64,000 nt of DNA from Amphiscolops sp. MND2022 (taxonomy: Eukaryota). The notes below the pieces were generated by a model. It searched no databases, was not told where the DNA came from, and saw only the letters and a program-made list of their open reading frames with translations. The DNA lies in assembly GCA_964187785.1 (NCBI GenBank), contig OZ076409.1, forward strand, positions 59,956,001-60,020,000, written 5' to 3'. Both the position numbers and the translations under genes were made by a program. Below are positions 45,690 through 59,435 of this stretch, piece after piece; the stretch's first letter is position 1; every line of letters begins with the position of its first letter.

Positions 45690-48051
45690 AAGCAATAGAA
45701 AAATTAATGAGAATTGGCCATATCGAAAAAGCAAAAGACATCGCCGAAAACTGTTTCGTCAGTCCAGCCGTTATCACAGTTGAAAAATAAAAAACGGTAA
45801 AAATAGCTCTAGATTCACGGAAGCTCAAAGAAATTACCGTGAAAAGAAAAGCCCAAATGTCAAACATGGAGGAGCTGATATCCAGAATATCAAGAAAAAT
45901 TCCAGATGGAGAAGCAGACGAGATATGGATATCCAAATTTGACCTGGATTACGCGTACGGTCAACTACCGTTATCAAAGATTGCGATAAAACCTTTGCAT
46001 AGTTGCGGTAACCGGAAGAAACTTTACCGGCTACTATAGATTTCCAAAGGGTTTCTACGGTCTAGCAGATATACCGACCATATTTCGAAAAAAATCGACA
46101 AAACACTGGAAAACAACCATCCGGCGTGGTTAGACGACATACTAGCGGTCACGAAAGGACCAACAGAACAACACAAACGTGAGTTAATAGATGTTCTAAC
46201 CAAACTAGAAAACGCAGGATATAGACTGAGCGAAAAGAAAACCGAATTTTTCGAATCCAAAAGAGAATGGGTAGGGCAAGTAAAAAAGGATCGAAACAGT
46301 ATCAGACCGTTTCATGATAAACTCAAAGCCATACGAGAGCTGAAAGAACCACAAAACGAAAAAGAACTAAATTCATTTTTAGGAGATATTCAGTACTTGT
46401 CAAACTAAATTGAAAATTTGTCAGCCCAAACAGATTTTTCAAGGCAATTATTGAAGAAGAAGAACAATTGGAACTGGACATCAGAACACTCCTAAGCCTT
46501 TACGCAATTAAAAATCAAAATCACGGAGATACCGTGCTTGGCACACTACAGCTCCGATTTACCGAATACAACAAATACAGACGCCAGTACAAAAGGCCTG
46601 GGCGCAACACTATGGCAAGAACAACATAACGGGCAATTGAAACCGATAGCATTTGCAAGCCGATTTCTATCGGACACCGAGAAAAAATACGCTATTGACG
46701 AACTAGAATTACTGGCAGTAGTATGGGGTTTAGAACATTTGCGTCTCTATATTTACAGTAAACCTATAAAACTACTACCCGACCACCAAGCTTTGGAACC
46801 GTTAATAAAACGCAACCTGTCGAATAAAACATACAGCGCCTGCTCAACTCGCTGGTTAGACCGTTTAGCGCATTTCACAATCAATTTTACCCATATCGCG
46901 GGAAAACACTTAGCGTTGAAGGATTAGTTGAATAGAAATCCAAACGCGCTGGCACCAGAAGATGAAGCATACAAAGAAGAATACGTAATCAATAGCATAG
47001 CACCGCACTACGATTTTGTTTTAAAAGTTGGTTGCCTTAGCAACCACTATAACAAATCACAAACAAGCAGCGGACCGTCAAAAGCAACAAAGGCAAACAA
47101 ACAACGGTCAACGGAACACACGAGTGAACAAAACATCATTAACAGCCTCAATCGCAACACAGTAAGGAGCACCGAGTCTCAAAATTCAATTAGAATAATG
47201 GACGCCAAAAGAATTGACAATTTGGAGAGAATTGATCGCTCCCTGGAAACAATTAACTTGATATAGCGGTGGCGAAACATTTTTAAGCCAGGAATTTACC
47301 GACTCTCAAACGGCAAGTGGAAACAAAAAACCACGAACCGAAACTTCTTCGTGGAGAAAGAAGAGAAATTGAGAAAAGACTCTCCGGAAAAATCCGGAGA
47401 ATAGAAAGCCCGGCCAGGGAAAATCGAAATCGCCCATAGAATCAACAACAATCGGACGAATACACCGCAGATAGGCAATTTACGGCACCATCAACACAGA
47501 ATTTCTAAGGAGGATTCATGCAATAAGCACAGGAGGATCAACCGGGCACATCACGATCGAAACCTGTAATACAACACCATCAAGCAGAAAATACCCCAAT
47601 GGAGGAAGGAGAAATTTCTAGCGACTCCAAACTGGCACCGTCGGTACTGCAGGTACCCACCATAAACTGGGCAAATTACTTCGGAATAAAGAGCGTAGAG
47701 TACATAAAGATGGGACACGCTCCAAAAGTACATGCCCTCGAACAAAACAGCTGGGACTTGGAAAAAACCGACTGAGAGACTGAAAAAGACACACAGACTT
47801 ACAACTGCTTATGACGGAAACAACAAAGTATCCAAAACTACTGAAAACATAAGTCTGCTTGGAACGCCAACAACACCACAACAACAATCCTGATGAGTAC
47901 AGTATATAAAAATAGAAACTATCAACACGCTACGGATTGGTATTCTTTGAAGAAAAAATGTTTGTACCAACCAACCTACGAACATCTGTCATCAGCCTGC
48001 TCCACAAAGGCCACCCAGCCATCAACAAGACGACTTTATCCGCAAAACATT
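45690..48051 (+). pseudogene. pol: Decayed pol (RT, RNase H, start of integrase zinc finger)
   Basis: SKFDLDYAYGQLPL, WLDDIL, TDASTKGLGA, ELELLAVVWGLEH, DHQAL, LHKGHP; many stops and frameshifts. Confidence 0.9.
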
Positions 48052-48817
48052 TGTAATGCGACCCTCTGGTACAGCAAAATCAACCGATTTTAGAATTGTG
48101 GCATGTTCAGAAGTTTTGTCAAAAATTCTACTTGGATCTGTGACGTGGCACTGAGCATGTGATTGCTCTATTCGCTGTTTTTACGAAATTGGCTGGTACT
48201 TCGACAACAAAGAGCAAGAACAAGCAAAAACAGCGGTACGGCGCCATGGCAGAAGCGTGAGAGCTAAAAAACTCTAAAATACACTCTTTTTGAGGTGCTA
48301 ACCCCGGATTTCAACGATTTCAGCATTAAGATACCCTATGTAGCGGGAACCGGTAAAATGAGTCTTTTTGCTTTATTGTTCTTGTTTGGTGCTTGGCGCC
48401 CCTGCGCCCCAGCTTGTAGCTGTGTGGTGTGCTAGTCCGATGTGTGCTTTGATGTATTTTTGCTGGATTCAGCTGTTTGAACTAGCTCGAGCGCTAGTTC
48501 AGATATTATTTCGATATCAGATAAAAGATGGAAATTTACAGTGTTTTTCCTTGGCATTGTTTTTAAAGGCTGTCTAAACGGTGGTCCGAGGCGAAGGTCC
48601 GAGGCGGATGCCCGTTATTCTCAGCAGTTACAGACTGGGACCAGGCTCGAGAGCATCCTATAAGACGGTTCCCCCACCCTGGGACTGGCTCCCTTGGAGG
48701 CAAAATGAGCTAGGGCCGTGGAGATCTAAGTCCCGGATCATATTCACAATTCTAGTTCCTCCACTTCTTGTTTCGTTTAAACGCCTAGCGCTTATCGTTA
48801 CATGAGAACTCATTTTT

Positions 48818-48835
48818 TGGCGACCATAGAGGGAT
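48818..48835 (+). promoter_or_regulatory. Primer-binding site TGGCGACCATAGAGGGAT, 15 nt after LTR
   Basis: 17/18 identical to the PBS at 20417-20434. Confidence 0.75.
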
Positions 48836-51800
48836 CGTCTTGGGAAGCTATTCCGCGCGGTTTTTAAAAGATCTGGCCCCCAGGTGTTTGACGCCAAGAA
48901 CGAATGGACTCTGGCAGGAGACGATTAACCAGAGTTTTTCCAATATTTGTAGATGGTATGATGTTGTATTTTGGTTTTTTTCCATTCGTTCAGGGGATTT
49001 TTCCCAGTACCCGTGGTATGTTTTGATAGAAGGTACTTGTTGACAGTTATCGTCTAAAATTGCAAAGTTCCATTCAGCGGGTCCTTTTTTAGAAGCGTAG
49101 TGGACAGTAGCACGTCGCTACTGGTGTTTAACAGGTTTTTCTAGCTGTTTTTAGTGACTTGCGCTTATGTTCGAGAGGTGAAATTGATGGTTGAACCACA
49201 TTCCATCCGACTGATAGATGAGTCGAAACGAGTGTTCCCGACTCTCCTCTCTCATTTCTCCTACAGAGCTTGTAGCAGGATGTGATTCGGTGGAAAAGTA
49301 GAGCAAGTGCTGACGTTGCCGACAATCCAAACCGTTTCTCTCTAGCTGGTCTGGGTGTTGAGAAAAAAGACGGTGAAGTTACCACCCCTCATTCCAGAAG
49401 TATCAGTTTTTCGGAGTATGGTATGAAAGAAAATTTTCGATTGTGTATTTTTGAAGGGGAATCGTTTGTTCATGCTAACTTTTCCTTGTTGCAACTTAGT
49501 GTGCGCTTTTGCAACCGTTTTCAGTGAGAAAAGTCCGATTTTGGTTGCCAAAGTAGCAAAAACGTCATTTTGGCATTTTTGAGTGTTTTTCTTGGTACGA
49601 GCTCGAGCGCTCTAGATTTTAGCCAAGAAAAATGCAAAAATATACGGAAAGCAATTTGAAACCTCTAGGAATCTGTTACAAAATGTAACGATCACCAAAA
49701 AGGCTGTTGGAGTCTTTTTAGGATGCATTTTGTATGAAAAAACCCGATTTTTCGTGAAATTGGCAAAAAACAACCACGAAATGCTACTGGGAGAGTGCCA
49801 GATAGTGATGTAATTGCCTCTTCCATGCTGCTGTTTAGTTTGGAGCACACTTCATAGTACCAAAAATAGGATTTAGAAGAGTTTGTAACGTTTTCTAGTG
49901 AGAACAGGTCGGAAAACCTTGATTTTTGGCCAGTTTCAGAAGTGCCAGAGTGCATAATTAAAACCGCTAAGGCACTCATAGTTTTCGTGACATGGGAGCC
50001 TGCGCGCTCTCAGTTTCTGTTTTTATAATAAAAATACCGCATAGTGGTGAAAACCGCATGTAAAATTCCTATTCAGTGCTGAGAAAAGTAGAAAAACGCA
50101 TTGAATTTGACCAAATTTCCACAAAACCGGACTTTCCAATAGTTAGGGTCGGGTCAAAGATTCCCGAATCCTAGCCACAAAATGGTTGCATTTTCGCAAC
50201 CACCATAAAAATAAACGCTATTGCCGAAAATTTGGTGAGCCTAGTGGTAACCAAAGTTGAGAAAAGCTATCTGACATTTTGACCTCAGAAAGTGCCAAAG
50301 TAGTCGAAAAAGGCCAAAACTGTAGGACCGACAGTGCCTTATACCTAACGGGCACGGCTAATTGAGGGCTTGTGGCAGTGCTGTGACCAGTGGGGCAACA
50401 CGTTGACCCTATTTTGCCTGCCGTAACAGTCGTAGTGTCGACCCTCTTTGCCAATTTGTGAAAAAAGTGTCAAAAAACGACTGTTTTGCTGAGATAGTGT
50501 CGTTACCCAGTCGGAATACCAGGAAAACTCGTTGCTTGAACCAGCATTTTAGGTGCCCATTGGCAGCGCCTATCAAGTTTTGTGCCGATCGGTGCAGTAT
50601 TTGTTGAGAAATTGACGAAAACGTACTGCTCAAAAAGAGGTGCAAAAAGGCAAAATTTTTCGAATTTTTTTGGAAGTGCCTGAACACCTCAGCCGAAAAC
50701 TGGGGACAAATTGCAGCCCAGCATCGCAATTTGTGCTAGTTGGTGCATTGTTAGCAAGAATACCTAACCGCTAACTCATACCCGTGATTGTTAATCGTGC
50801 AAGAAGCGTGTTATTTGACTCCTTCTGAGACATAGGTGTATCGCACGTCTGTACAGAAGCGAAACAGCGTCGCCAAGCCTCGGGGCCCGAATCGATGATC
50901 AGTTCCGTGTACCTACGTGTGTGCAGGGTCCCCTGGTCAACCTTGAGCCAGATCCGATTCTTGAGTGACGAATTCGAGCGACTTGTGTTTTTTTCGTACT
51001 CTCCGAGAAAGTTCAAAATTTGTTGTAAACGACGCGTGCTTGTCTCAGCGGAGGTTTAGCTGCAAACCAAACTCATTTTCTGAGCTTGTGGCTTGTTTTC
51101 AACAGCTTGAATGAATTTGAACTCGCTCCGACCCATAGAAGTGATTTCCACCAACTTGAGACGTGCATAACGTGATTCTGGCTTAAGTCTTCACCGAGAC
51201 GAAACTTGGAAAGTGGGGCAAAACCCAGTTTTACGTGTTGGAAACTTGTGAAAACACCCTTGTCTGGACTCCTATTCGTGAATTCATTGCTGTACGTGCG
51301 AATTGTGGTCCATATCGAGTGTGCTGCTTTGCTGGAACATAGCATTTTGTTACTTACAGTTGTGATATCCTGTGTATTGTAACGAGTTGGACCATTTTTG
51401 GGAGTTGTCGCCGCACCTCATCGGAACGTTGAGACTACATTGCTCTGGACCATTGTTGTCAGTGTTGTTTGGTGCACTGTTGCTGAAAAAGTGAGCTTGC
51501 GGGCTCATCACTGTGGATGAGAGTCTTTGGTTGCACGTGAAAAATCGAGTCAATTGAGATACGGTCATACGGAAAGCGTGTTCAGCATCTGCAACTCATT
51601 CAATAGTCTAAACCCCAATTGGTGCTTATTGTAGTGCACCAAGCTAAAAGTGGGGCCGCGTGGCTAATTTTGAGTCCGATCTTATGTTTCCAGTCTTGGT
51701 ACGAGCCCCTTGAGTAATTTTCAAAAAATTTTGAAATTTTCAAAAATCGTTATAAAACACTCTAGCATGTGACAGGAGGTAGTTATTGGCTTCGAGAGGT

Positions 51801-52660
51801 CATTTTTCCAGCTTGTGTGTTTGAACAAACGGGCTGAGTGAATTTGACTGTGCCCAGACACGTATTTTGGCCAAAATCCCGAAAAACCGTCAGGCAAACG
51901 AAAACATAAAACCTTAGTACTCCCACTATACGGAAGGCAGAGACCAAAAGCCTTCATTTTCCAACCGAAGGGACCTAGTAGGCCTTCCTGGGTGCAAACG
52001 AGACAAATCTCACGGTTCAAAAAAATTGCCGGCTGGGGTCATAAACTTTGACTCCACTGGAACTTTAAAATTTGTTCCTGAAAAAGCCCCATTCGGAGGT
52101 TTTAAGTGTCTGCGACGCACTTCCGACCAATTTGTCTCAACGAGAACGTCTCTAGGCAATACGATGTGCGCCCGAGTAGGGTTTCGAAAATACAGAAACC
52201 ACCCTGAGGGATCCGACTTAATCAAAATCACGAGTTTTTGAGGGGAGTCACCTCCTAGCGACGAAAATTTGACCAAATTGCCCGAGTGTGAAATAGTTTT
52301 GACCCCTCTGGTGCCCTTATTTGGTGTTATTGTGCAGTGTCAAGTAGAACAAACACATCACTGTAGAAATTAACACGTCACTTCTGCAGAGAACACTTTT
52401 GGGCAATTGCAACACACCCAAAATCCTTGAGGTTGAGAGGTTAGTAGACAACTCGACTGTTTGTTTCGTGTACACTATCCCACACTACCGCTGCATTGTG
52501 CTCGAGCGCACAATTTTCTTGTCCGACGCATATCGTGAAATCAGTGGGGCAATTTTCAGCACGCTCTGACCACCGGAACTCATCTTGACTGTGCCCCTGA
52601 GACTAATTTTTGGTACAAAAAGAGTTCTAGTCAAGCAGTTTGAGCTTATCTGAAGCAGGA

Positions 52661-54034
52661 ATGAATTTGTGGAAGGTCCTAGACCGCTTCCGTTCCTTTT
52701 TCAAGGGGGAAGAGGGTGTCAGTGCAGCACCACCAATCGCTGCACCCGTCTTGAAAACAGAATGTGAATCCCAAATGTTAGATGAACATGACCGATCGAA
52801 GATAGAGGATCTGAACTTGGAAGACTGGCCTTTGGAGGATAGTTTCAAACTTGTCTCCGATTTTCTAGACTCAATGCCATCTAACGCTCAGGACACCGAG
52901 CCGGTGATGAGTATAAAGACTTCCAGTCCTAGTTCAGTATCGTCGTCGAAAGGAGCCTCTCTCCATAAAACCAGTATTCAGATGTATCAGAAACAGGACT
53001 AACAATTAGAGGCCCCGGAGCAGCAGATGGATGAAATATCAGTCTTGTTGGCACAAAGCGGACTTCGCAGGGAGATGCTTCTAGCTCGAGCGATAGCACA
53101 AATGCAGTCGATAAATGCAGTTGTGCAGGTATACCTCAGAAGTGCGACTATCAATATTCCAAACGACGCCGAAGCAGAACCAATGACAACGCCAACAGGT
53201 GACATGGGGGTGGACACAATATCTTTGGACACTACAACCATGGGGATTGCTGACACTGTGCCTGAATATCACGCCAGTGACAATGGGTTGCTCGAGCGCA
53301 ACCTCTGCTCAAGTGAAACGAAACATGAATGAATATCAATCTCACCCTCCACTTCCTTATCGCAAGATTCTCTAAGCAACTCTCACCTCCCTGGAACAAA
53401 GTCCTTATCAACTTCGAAGTTGCTTCCGAATTTGTTGAAATACTCCATCGAGCCACCTTCTGCTAAACGTGGGCTACAGGATTTTATTCAGGTGGACCCG
53501 CCAATCTTTATCAAATGGTTGCCTGGGGGTTCAGCTAAAACTCGACCAACTGGTCATAGATGTGGTCGACCACCACGCACAGACTGTGAATACTCATGGC
53601 AAAAAGTTCTGTTGTCCCTGTATAATCGACGTCGCCGTGGCCGTCCACCACGCCCAGTTTGTCTATTACCATGGTCACATCGACCGAAAGTACATAGGCG
53701 TGGCCGTCCTCCGAACAACTATCCCAGCCTTGAGACAGACCCAGTCTCCACAGTTTTCTTTATCGGACTTCCGGATTATTCCTACTTGTTGCATGTCCTG
53801 CTGCTGTTGGATGATGATGTCTACCCACAGTCCAAACCACACTCCACTTTTCAAGGGGGGAAGTGTCGTCAACGCTTTATTTATCCTTCTACATTTTGTG
53901 TCGGGCATTCACTTTTGTCCATTCATCACTATCCTCATGTGAACGAAGGTGCCAAACGATTAAGGCCCGGAGAGTCTACTAAGGCCCGGGGAGCCCCAGT
54001 GGAGAATAATTATAACCCGTCAAGCTCAAATTAA
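52661..54034 (+). pseudogene. 457-codon ORF with three AT-hook-like motifs, two premature stops (53000, 53330)
   Basis: ORFs 52640-53002, 53027-53332 and 53420-54034 are all in one frame; RCGRPPR, RRRGRPPR, RRGRPPN at 53558-53713. Confidence 0.6.
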
Positions 54035-54410
54035 ATGGACAATGCCCTGAGGATTTCGCTACCTTTAGTAATGGACACTTGGCAGTATGACGCTCCTCTT
54101 CAAGCAGCTATTTCTCAATCTTGACCCCAACGCTTTAGTTTTAGTCATGTAAACATCGTCAAATTTTTGTTTCGTTGCTTCTTCGAGCATTTTGACACAA
54201 AATACTTCTATAAACGCATAAAAAACCCAAAAACTCTACATGTATCTTTCGCCCGAAAGGGGCTATTTTTGTTTCTGCGTATTTTTCTTAGGTTTCCAGT
54301 AGTTTCCTTCAGACGTCAACGTGATTTTCAGAGAAAAAAAAACGAGAACCTCGCGCGCTCCAGTTCCTTCACCTCTTGTTTCGGTCAAACGCTTAGCGCT
54401 TATCGTTACA

Positions 54411-55420
54411 ATTTCTGGTGGCCTAAACTGACGGAGGCGATACAAAGAAAATGCAACAATTGCATACCATGCAAACTTTCCGGTAAGAATATTAAACCTA
54501 ACATACCAAAGTCAAAACAAAATAGCTTACCCCCATTAAGCGCACCGAACGAAGAAATTCAATTGGACTTCATTGGACCAATCACGGAACAGAACCGTAG
54601 ATTTTACATTTTACTCTCCATTGACAGGTATAGCAAATGGCCAGGCGCCAGTCGGTGTAAAACTACAGACGGAGAAACGGCAATGAACTTTTTGAAACAA
54701 TATTGCGATATAAACGGCGTACCAAAATCATAAGAACATACAAAGCATCCGCTTTTACCGGACGCCAATCTAGAAACTTTTGCAAAAATAAATTTATCAA
54801 ACTAATATACGCAACACCGTATATTCACACTCCAACCGGCTAAGTCGAGCGAGGAGTACGAACACTAAAAGGAAACCTCCTAACCAATATAAAAGCAGGA
54901 GAACCATTCGGAAAAGCATTGGACCTAGCTTTAAATGTTATGCGGACAACACCACATACTAGATTCAGAAAATCCGCATTTGAACTGCACTTCGACAGTG
55001 AACCGAACACGGAATGGAGTAACATGCTGAAACTAGATAAAACCAAAACAATAACTAATGATTTCACTTCAGCGAGACCAGATACCATACAGGTATACAC
55101 ATTCATTGGACAAGGCGGTAGCTCCGACCATCTGTCAAAACGGTAAGAAAATATCCGTTTCAATTCTTCGAACGAAAATTAAACAAATGGGAAAATTTGA
55201 AAATCCATAATCGGAACACCTACAAACGGCAGTCACTGGAACTAAACAAACAGTGACAACCTCAGACAATGAAAAAATCACTGTAAACTTTTCAGTAAAC
55301 CCATTAATACCTTTGAACAGGAACCAACAAACAGAGGGACTGGCCCAAAAGGACCGGACGGGAGATTTGCCAGAAAGATAAACAAAGTTGCCGCTACTCC
55401 CGAAAAGTCCCAATCATAAG
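54411..55420 (+). pseudogene. Remainder of the older Gypsy integrase (FWWP..CxxC, DDE core)
   Basis: FWWPKLTEAIQRKCNNCIPC, IQLDFIGP, SIDRYSKWP, VERGVRTLK; rejoins LHKGHP...AKH at 48051. Confidence 0.88.
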
Positions 55421-57440
55421 AAGATCTGGATACCAGCCCAGAACTGCCCACCACCAAACAAGCGGGATCAATTGGCAGAGGAAGGCCACGTCTGATAAAA
55501 GACCGCACCGCCTCAACATCACCAGAAAAAACACCGGCGAACAAAACAGCGCCAAGGTGTGATCACTACCAATAAATACCGACCAAATGTCGGATTCCGA
55601 TATAGACCAAACAATTAGAGACTCCTTACAGTCAGGACAAGAAATCCAAATCAGAGACGGTTCCTGTCTCTTTCATAAGGTAACTTTTTATAACAATCAA
55701 GGGACAGAAAAAAATTAATCTTTTCAGAATTGGACCTCAATTAAAGCCAGCAATTTACGTTCTAGCACCGAAATTGAATAACACTTAGAACAATTAGAAA
55801 ACACTAACCTACGCCGGTCAAAACGGCTAACAAAAACAAACCCAATCGTTGGATTAAATATTCCAGTTAATCAAACTGAATACCGGAACAAGACAAAAAG
55901 GACGACCAATAAACCGCCCAAGACACTCAATCCACCTTCAACTGGAAACGCAAAAGGCCTCTCACGGAACATCGGAGAAAACAATACCAGACCATGGACG
56001 GATTACCGAATATAAAATCAACAAGGACAGCAACGGAAATTCATTGGATGCTTCTCCTCCAATCACAGAAGGGGGAATGTAGAAAATCAGGAACTGTATC
56101 AATAGACTGGTGATAGACAATATCATATCTCTGTTGCTATTTTTAATTTGTTTGTTAACAACTACTGAGTTTATACTCTAAAAGCTTACATCAGGATACT
56201 ACATTTGCGATTAGAGTAAACGTTGATTCTCAACTCTTTTACCGAGCTTATCGTAGAGATACTTCAGTCTGTACACGGGGCACTTCCCCGGATTGTTTAC
56301 GAATTTTGCCATTTCGCAGTTACATATCCAAATCATAGGTCCGCAAAACTCAGCGACCATGAAAAAATGCTGTCACCAAATGAGTTTGTCGTGATATTTA
56401 AATTTTTCTGGAGAAGTGCCAACAGAAGTGCCGAGAAAAGTCAAAAGTTGTACTGATTTTCATTGTTCTTATGAAATTTGGGTACCGTTTTTGAATGTTT
56501 CCAAGGTTGGTTTAAGAATCCACCAATTTCAAGGATGGTATTCACAGTAGTGAATACTGATAGGTAATCAGTGTTTTTCAAAGTCGCAAAAAATAGTCGA
56601 GTGTCTCTGTTTAGCAAGAAGAAATATCAAACGGTTCTAAAGAATAAATGAACGAATTTTTTGTCTTCAAGGATCGATTAGTTTTGGTAAAAAGCGGAAC
56701 ATAAATCTTAGGACAAGGTTACACGTTGATGACATATCTTGGTGACGTCATCGTAACATTTTTCGCAAAGCAATTAAAAGTTCGATTTTAAAATCTTTTC
56801 ACTCCAAAATTTGTTCAACTCCCAAAGGACCTCTCTATTTCACGTTACTGGTTTTGTGCCAAAAATGATTTCATGGTGCTGTGAGTTTTTCCGAACATTT
56901 TTCAGCTTCACTACCTTCCTCCTTAGTGAAAAAAGACAAAATTACAACAAAATTTTAGCTAGATGTCATTTTAAATTCAACAGGGAAACCCTTATCAAAA
57001 ATAGCAGAAAAAGTATTTTCCTATCAAACAAAACTAATGGCGGTGGAAGTTGGAAATTTATCCAGCTGTTCGAAAGTCTATTGACTTTTTCAACAAAGAA
57101 TTTCAATGGAATTATGGACGCTTGAAAACAGTATTCACTATTTCCCATTATTTTGCAGAATCATGAATTTCTCACAAATATCTTGTTTATTTGAACATTC
57201 TTTGAACTTATCAAGAATATATTTACCGAGAAGAACCTGTAATGTTTTTTTTATTCTTCATCATTGCAAGCCTTTTAGGTAGCTATTTAACCGTTTCAAC
57301 CCAAGCTATAGCAGCCCTAAGCGATGTATATCGTGGAAGATTTTCAAGATTTAGTCATGCATTCTCTTCAAAGATCTTGAACGATATCTTTCAAGAATCT
57401 TCCAAGATTGCCGGTTTTCAACAACTAGGGTAAACTCTGT

Positions 57441-57588
57441 TGAGTTCTAAATTTTATCATGCCAAGAAAGTTTTTTTCAGCGGTATAATAACAAATTAGG
57501 TATATCACTTATAATTATAAGTAATATACCTAATTTATTATTAAACCGCTGAAAAAAACTTTCTTGGCATGATACAATTTAGAACTCA
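57441..57588. repeat. 148-bp near-perfect loopless palindrome
   Basis: TGAGTTCTAAATT...AATTTAGAACTCA centred on TTATAA|TTATAA. Confidence 0.92.
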
Positions 57589-58125
57589 TACTTATACTTA
57601 TAAGTTTAAGCTTATAAGTATTACAGAAGAGGATAAACATTCTTGAAGAATTCAAGCACCCTCCATTGGTGACCTACAACAACGCCAAATTTTTAGCCAA
57701 TCAAAACGCTGCAGAACGGACCTTAAAACAATCATTATCGTGGCAAAGCGGCAAAAGGAAAAAGAAGTGTGCAAATTATGGACAATTTGAAATGTTATTT
57801 TTGAGGAAAAATTCCAACGAGAAACGTTCGCTTTTCAACCAATCAGGAAACTCTGAGCAAATTGAAGAAAAAGTTGGAAATTCTTAATGCCAATTGGGAA
57901 ATTTGATTTCAAGTTATTTGATACAGCTCACCTCAAAAGAAGATATCATTGAACTAGTGTCTCACTTTTTACTCAATTTACAAGCTTTTTATTACTTAAA
58001 TTTCAGTTTGCCTGTTTGGTGGTGCATTATCTTTCTAAGTTACACTCTCGTTAACCTTAAAAACAAATCCCACTTTCCTGAAATAATACCTACCTTTCAT
58101 TCATAATTACCAGGTACATTTGAAG

Positions 58126-58686
58126 ATGGCAACAAACTTCACTTCGAAACTGCAGCTGGAAAACAAAATGCCTGACTATGAACTGGACTCGAATTTTTCA
58201 ACTTCCGACGGGGGCCATTTCAAGTCTATTTTCTGGTTTTCAGACCTTGAATGCACAGTAGTCGGAAGTTTATTCATTCTTGGATCTGCTTCTGGATCTC
58301 TTGCAAATTTGAGCGTGCTCACAGTTCTCGTTCACGTGATATATCGCGAAACAGTAAAATCTGGATCGGATTTTCTAATCGCAGTCCTGACTTTTCTGGA
58401 CCTGCTGGCTACAACAGTGGTTTTCATCTGGGAAGCCTCGCATTTTTTATCCCCCAATTGCAACGAGGCTCCTTCAGATTCCTTGTTTGTTATTACCTTT
58501 TTCCTCGAAACTTCTTCGGCGTTTTCACTGCTGAACATCGCAATATTTCGCTATACCAAGATTTGTCTTGTCAATGTTTTTGATATCAGTTATAATAGGA
58601 GTGTTATTATGACTGCTCTCAATATAATCATATCTGGCATCTGCACAGTTTTGGTCGTTCTTTGCAACAATCCGGATCTCAATCAG
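58126..58686 (+). CDS. Rhodopsin-like (class A) GPCR, coding exon 1 (N-terminus, TM1-TM4)
   Basis: N-glycosylation sequons (NFT, NFS), GSLANLSVL, LTFLDLL, NIAIFRY (DRY-like), four hydrophobic helices; 3' boundary inferred. Confidence 0.8.
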
Positions 58687-59264
58687 GAATGACCAACTGA
58701 CAACGACGTTTACAAATTGATCATGAAAACATGTTCAATCTTTGACAATTCGAAAAAAATTGAAATGTTTAGATGAAAGTTTTTTTGAAACAAGAGATGA
58801 AATCATATATGTTTTTTGTCAAAAGCTTTGTAAGACTTTTTCACAGTTTGACAAGAAAGTTAGTAAAGAGTGTGCATGACGGTATCAATAATCATTTTGA
58901 AAATAGATTTTCATTAAATTTCTTGAAATACCTTCAAAAAGATTTCCTTCAAGTGATCGGATTACGTGAAAAATGATTGAAAAGTTTGATGTAACAGTTC
59001 CATAAAAATCCTGAAAACAGACAGTCCTGAAAAATCTTGAAGAACCACAATTTTTTTTCGATCAGAATTAATTTTTTAAAGATAACTTCTCCAAAGCAGT
59101 CGACTCTTTCAAAACACCTATTATTTTTTTAAATTTCTGCAATACAAAATAACAGTATAAAATGATAGAAAAAATCAATTTTTTGAAAATTCGAAAAGTG
59201 CTAAACTGTTAAAATTGTGTATATATTTGGAAACAGTGGACTGGTCATTGGTGATATTAAACAG

Positions 59265-59435
59265 CTGGCCATGATGATTTATTTCTGCACCATTTTCGTC
59301 ATTTTCGTCGTCATGGGTGTTCTCTACATGAAGGCTTATTGCGCACTACGTCAGAGGTCTCACCAGGCACGTGACCGGAATGCCAGCAGACTGGCCTACG
59401 CCCAGAGGATGGAGAACCCCGCCCATCACAACCAG
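59265..59435 (+). CDS. GPCR exon 2 (TM5 and start of ICL3)
   Basis: LAMMIYFCTIFVIFVVMGVLYMKAYCALRQR; both boundaries inferred. Confidence 0.65.

Larger units (their letters stand above)
48052..54410 (+). mobile_element. Non-autonomous relative of the giant Gypsy family, nested in the integrase of the older element
   Basis: 5' LTR 48052-48802 homologous to the giant element LTR, same spacer+PBS, homologous leader to ~51000; only the last ~50 bp of the 3' LTR remain (54360-54410); flanked by ATT. Confidence 0.9.
45297..56266 (+). mobile_element. Older decayed Ty3/Gypsy element, gag/protease largely deleted, carrying a nested insertion
   Basis: 189-bp LTRs (45297-45485, 56078-56266; ~15 differences), 5-bp TSD GTCTG, PBS TGGCGCTG at 45486, PPT AGAAGGGGGAA before 56078. 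Confidence 0.93.
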
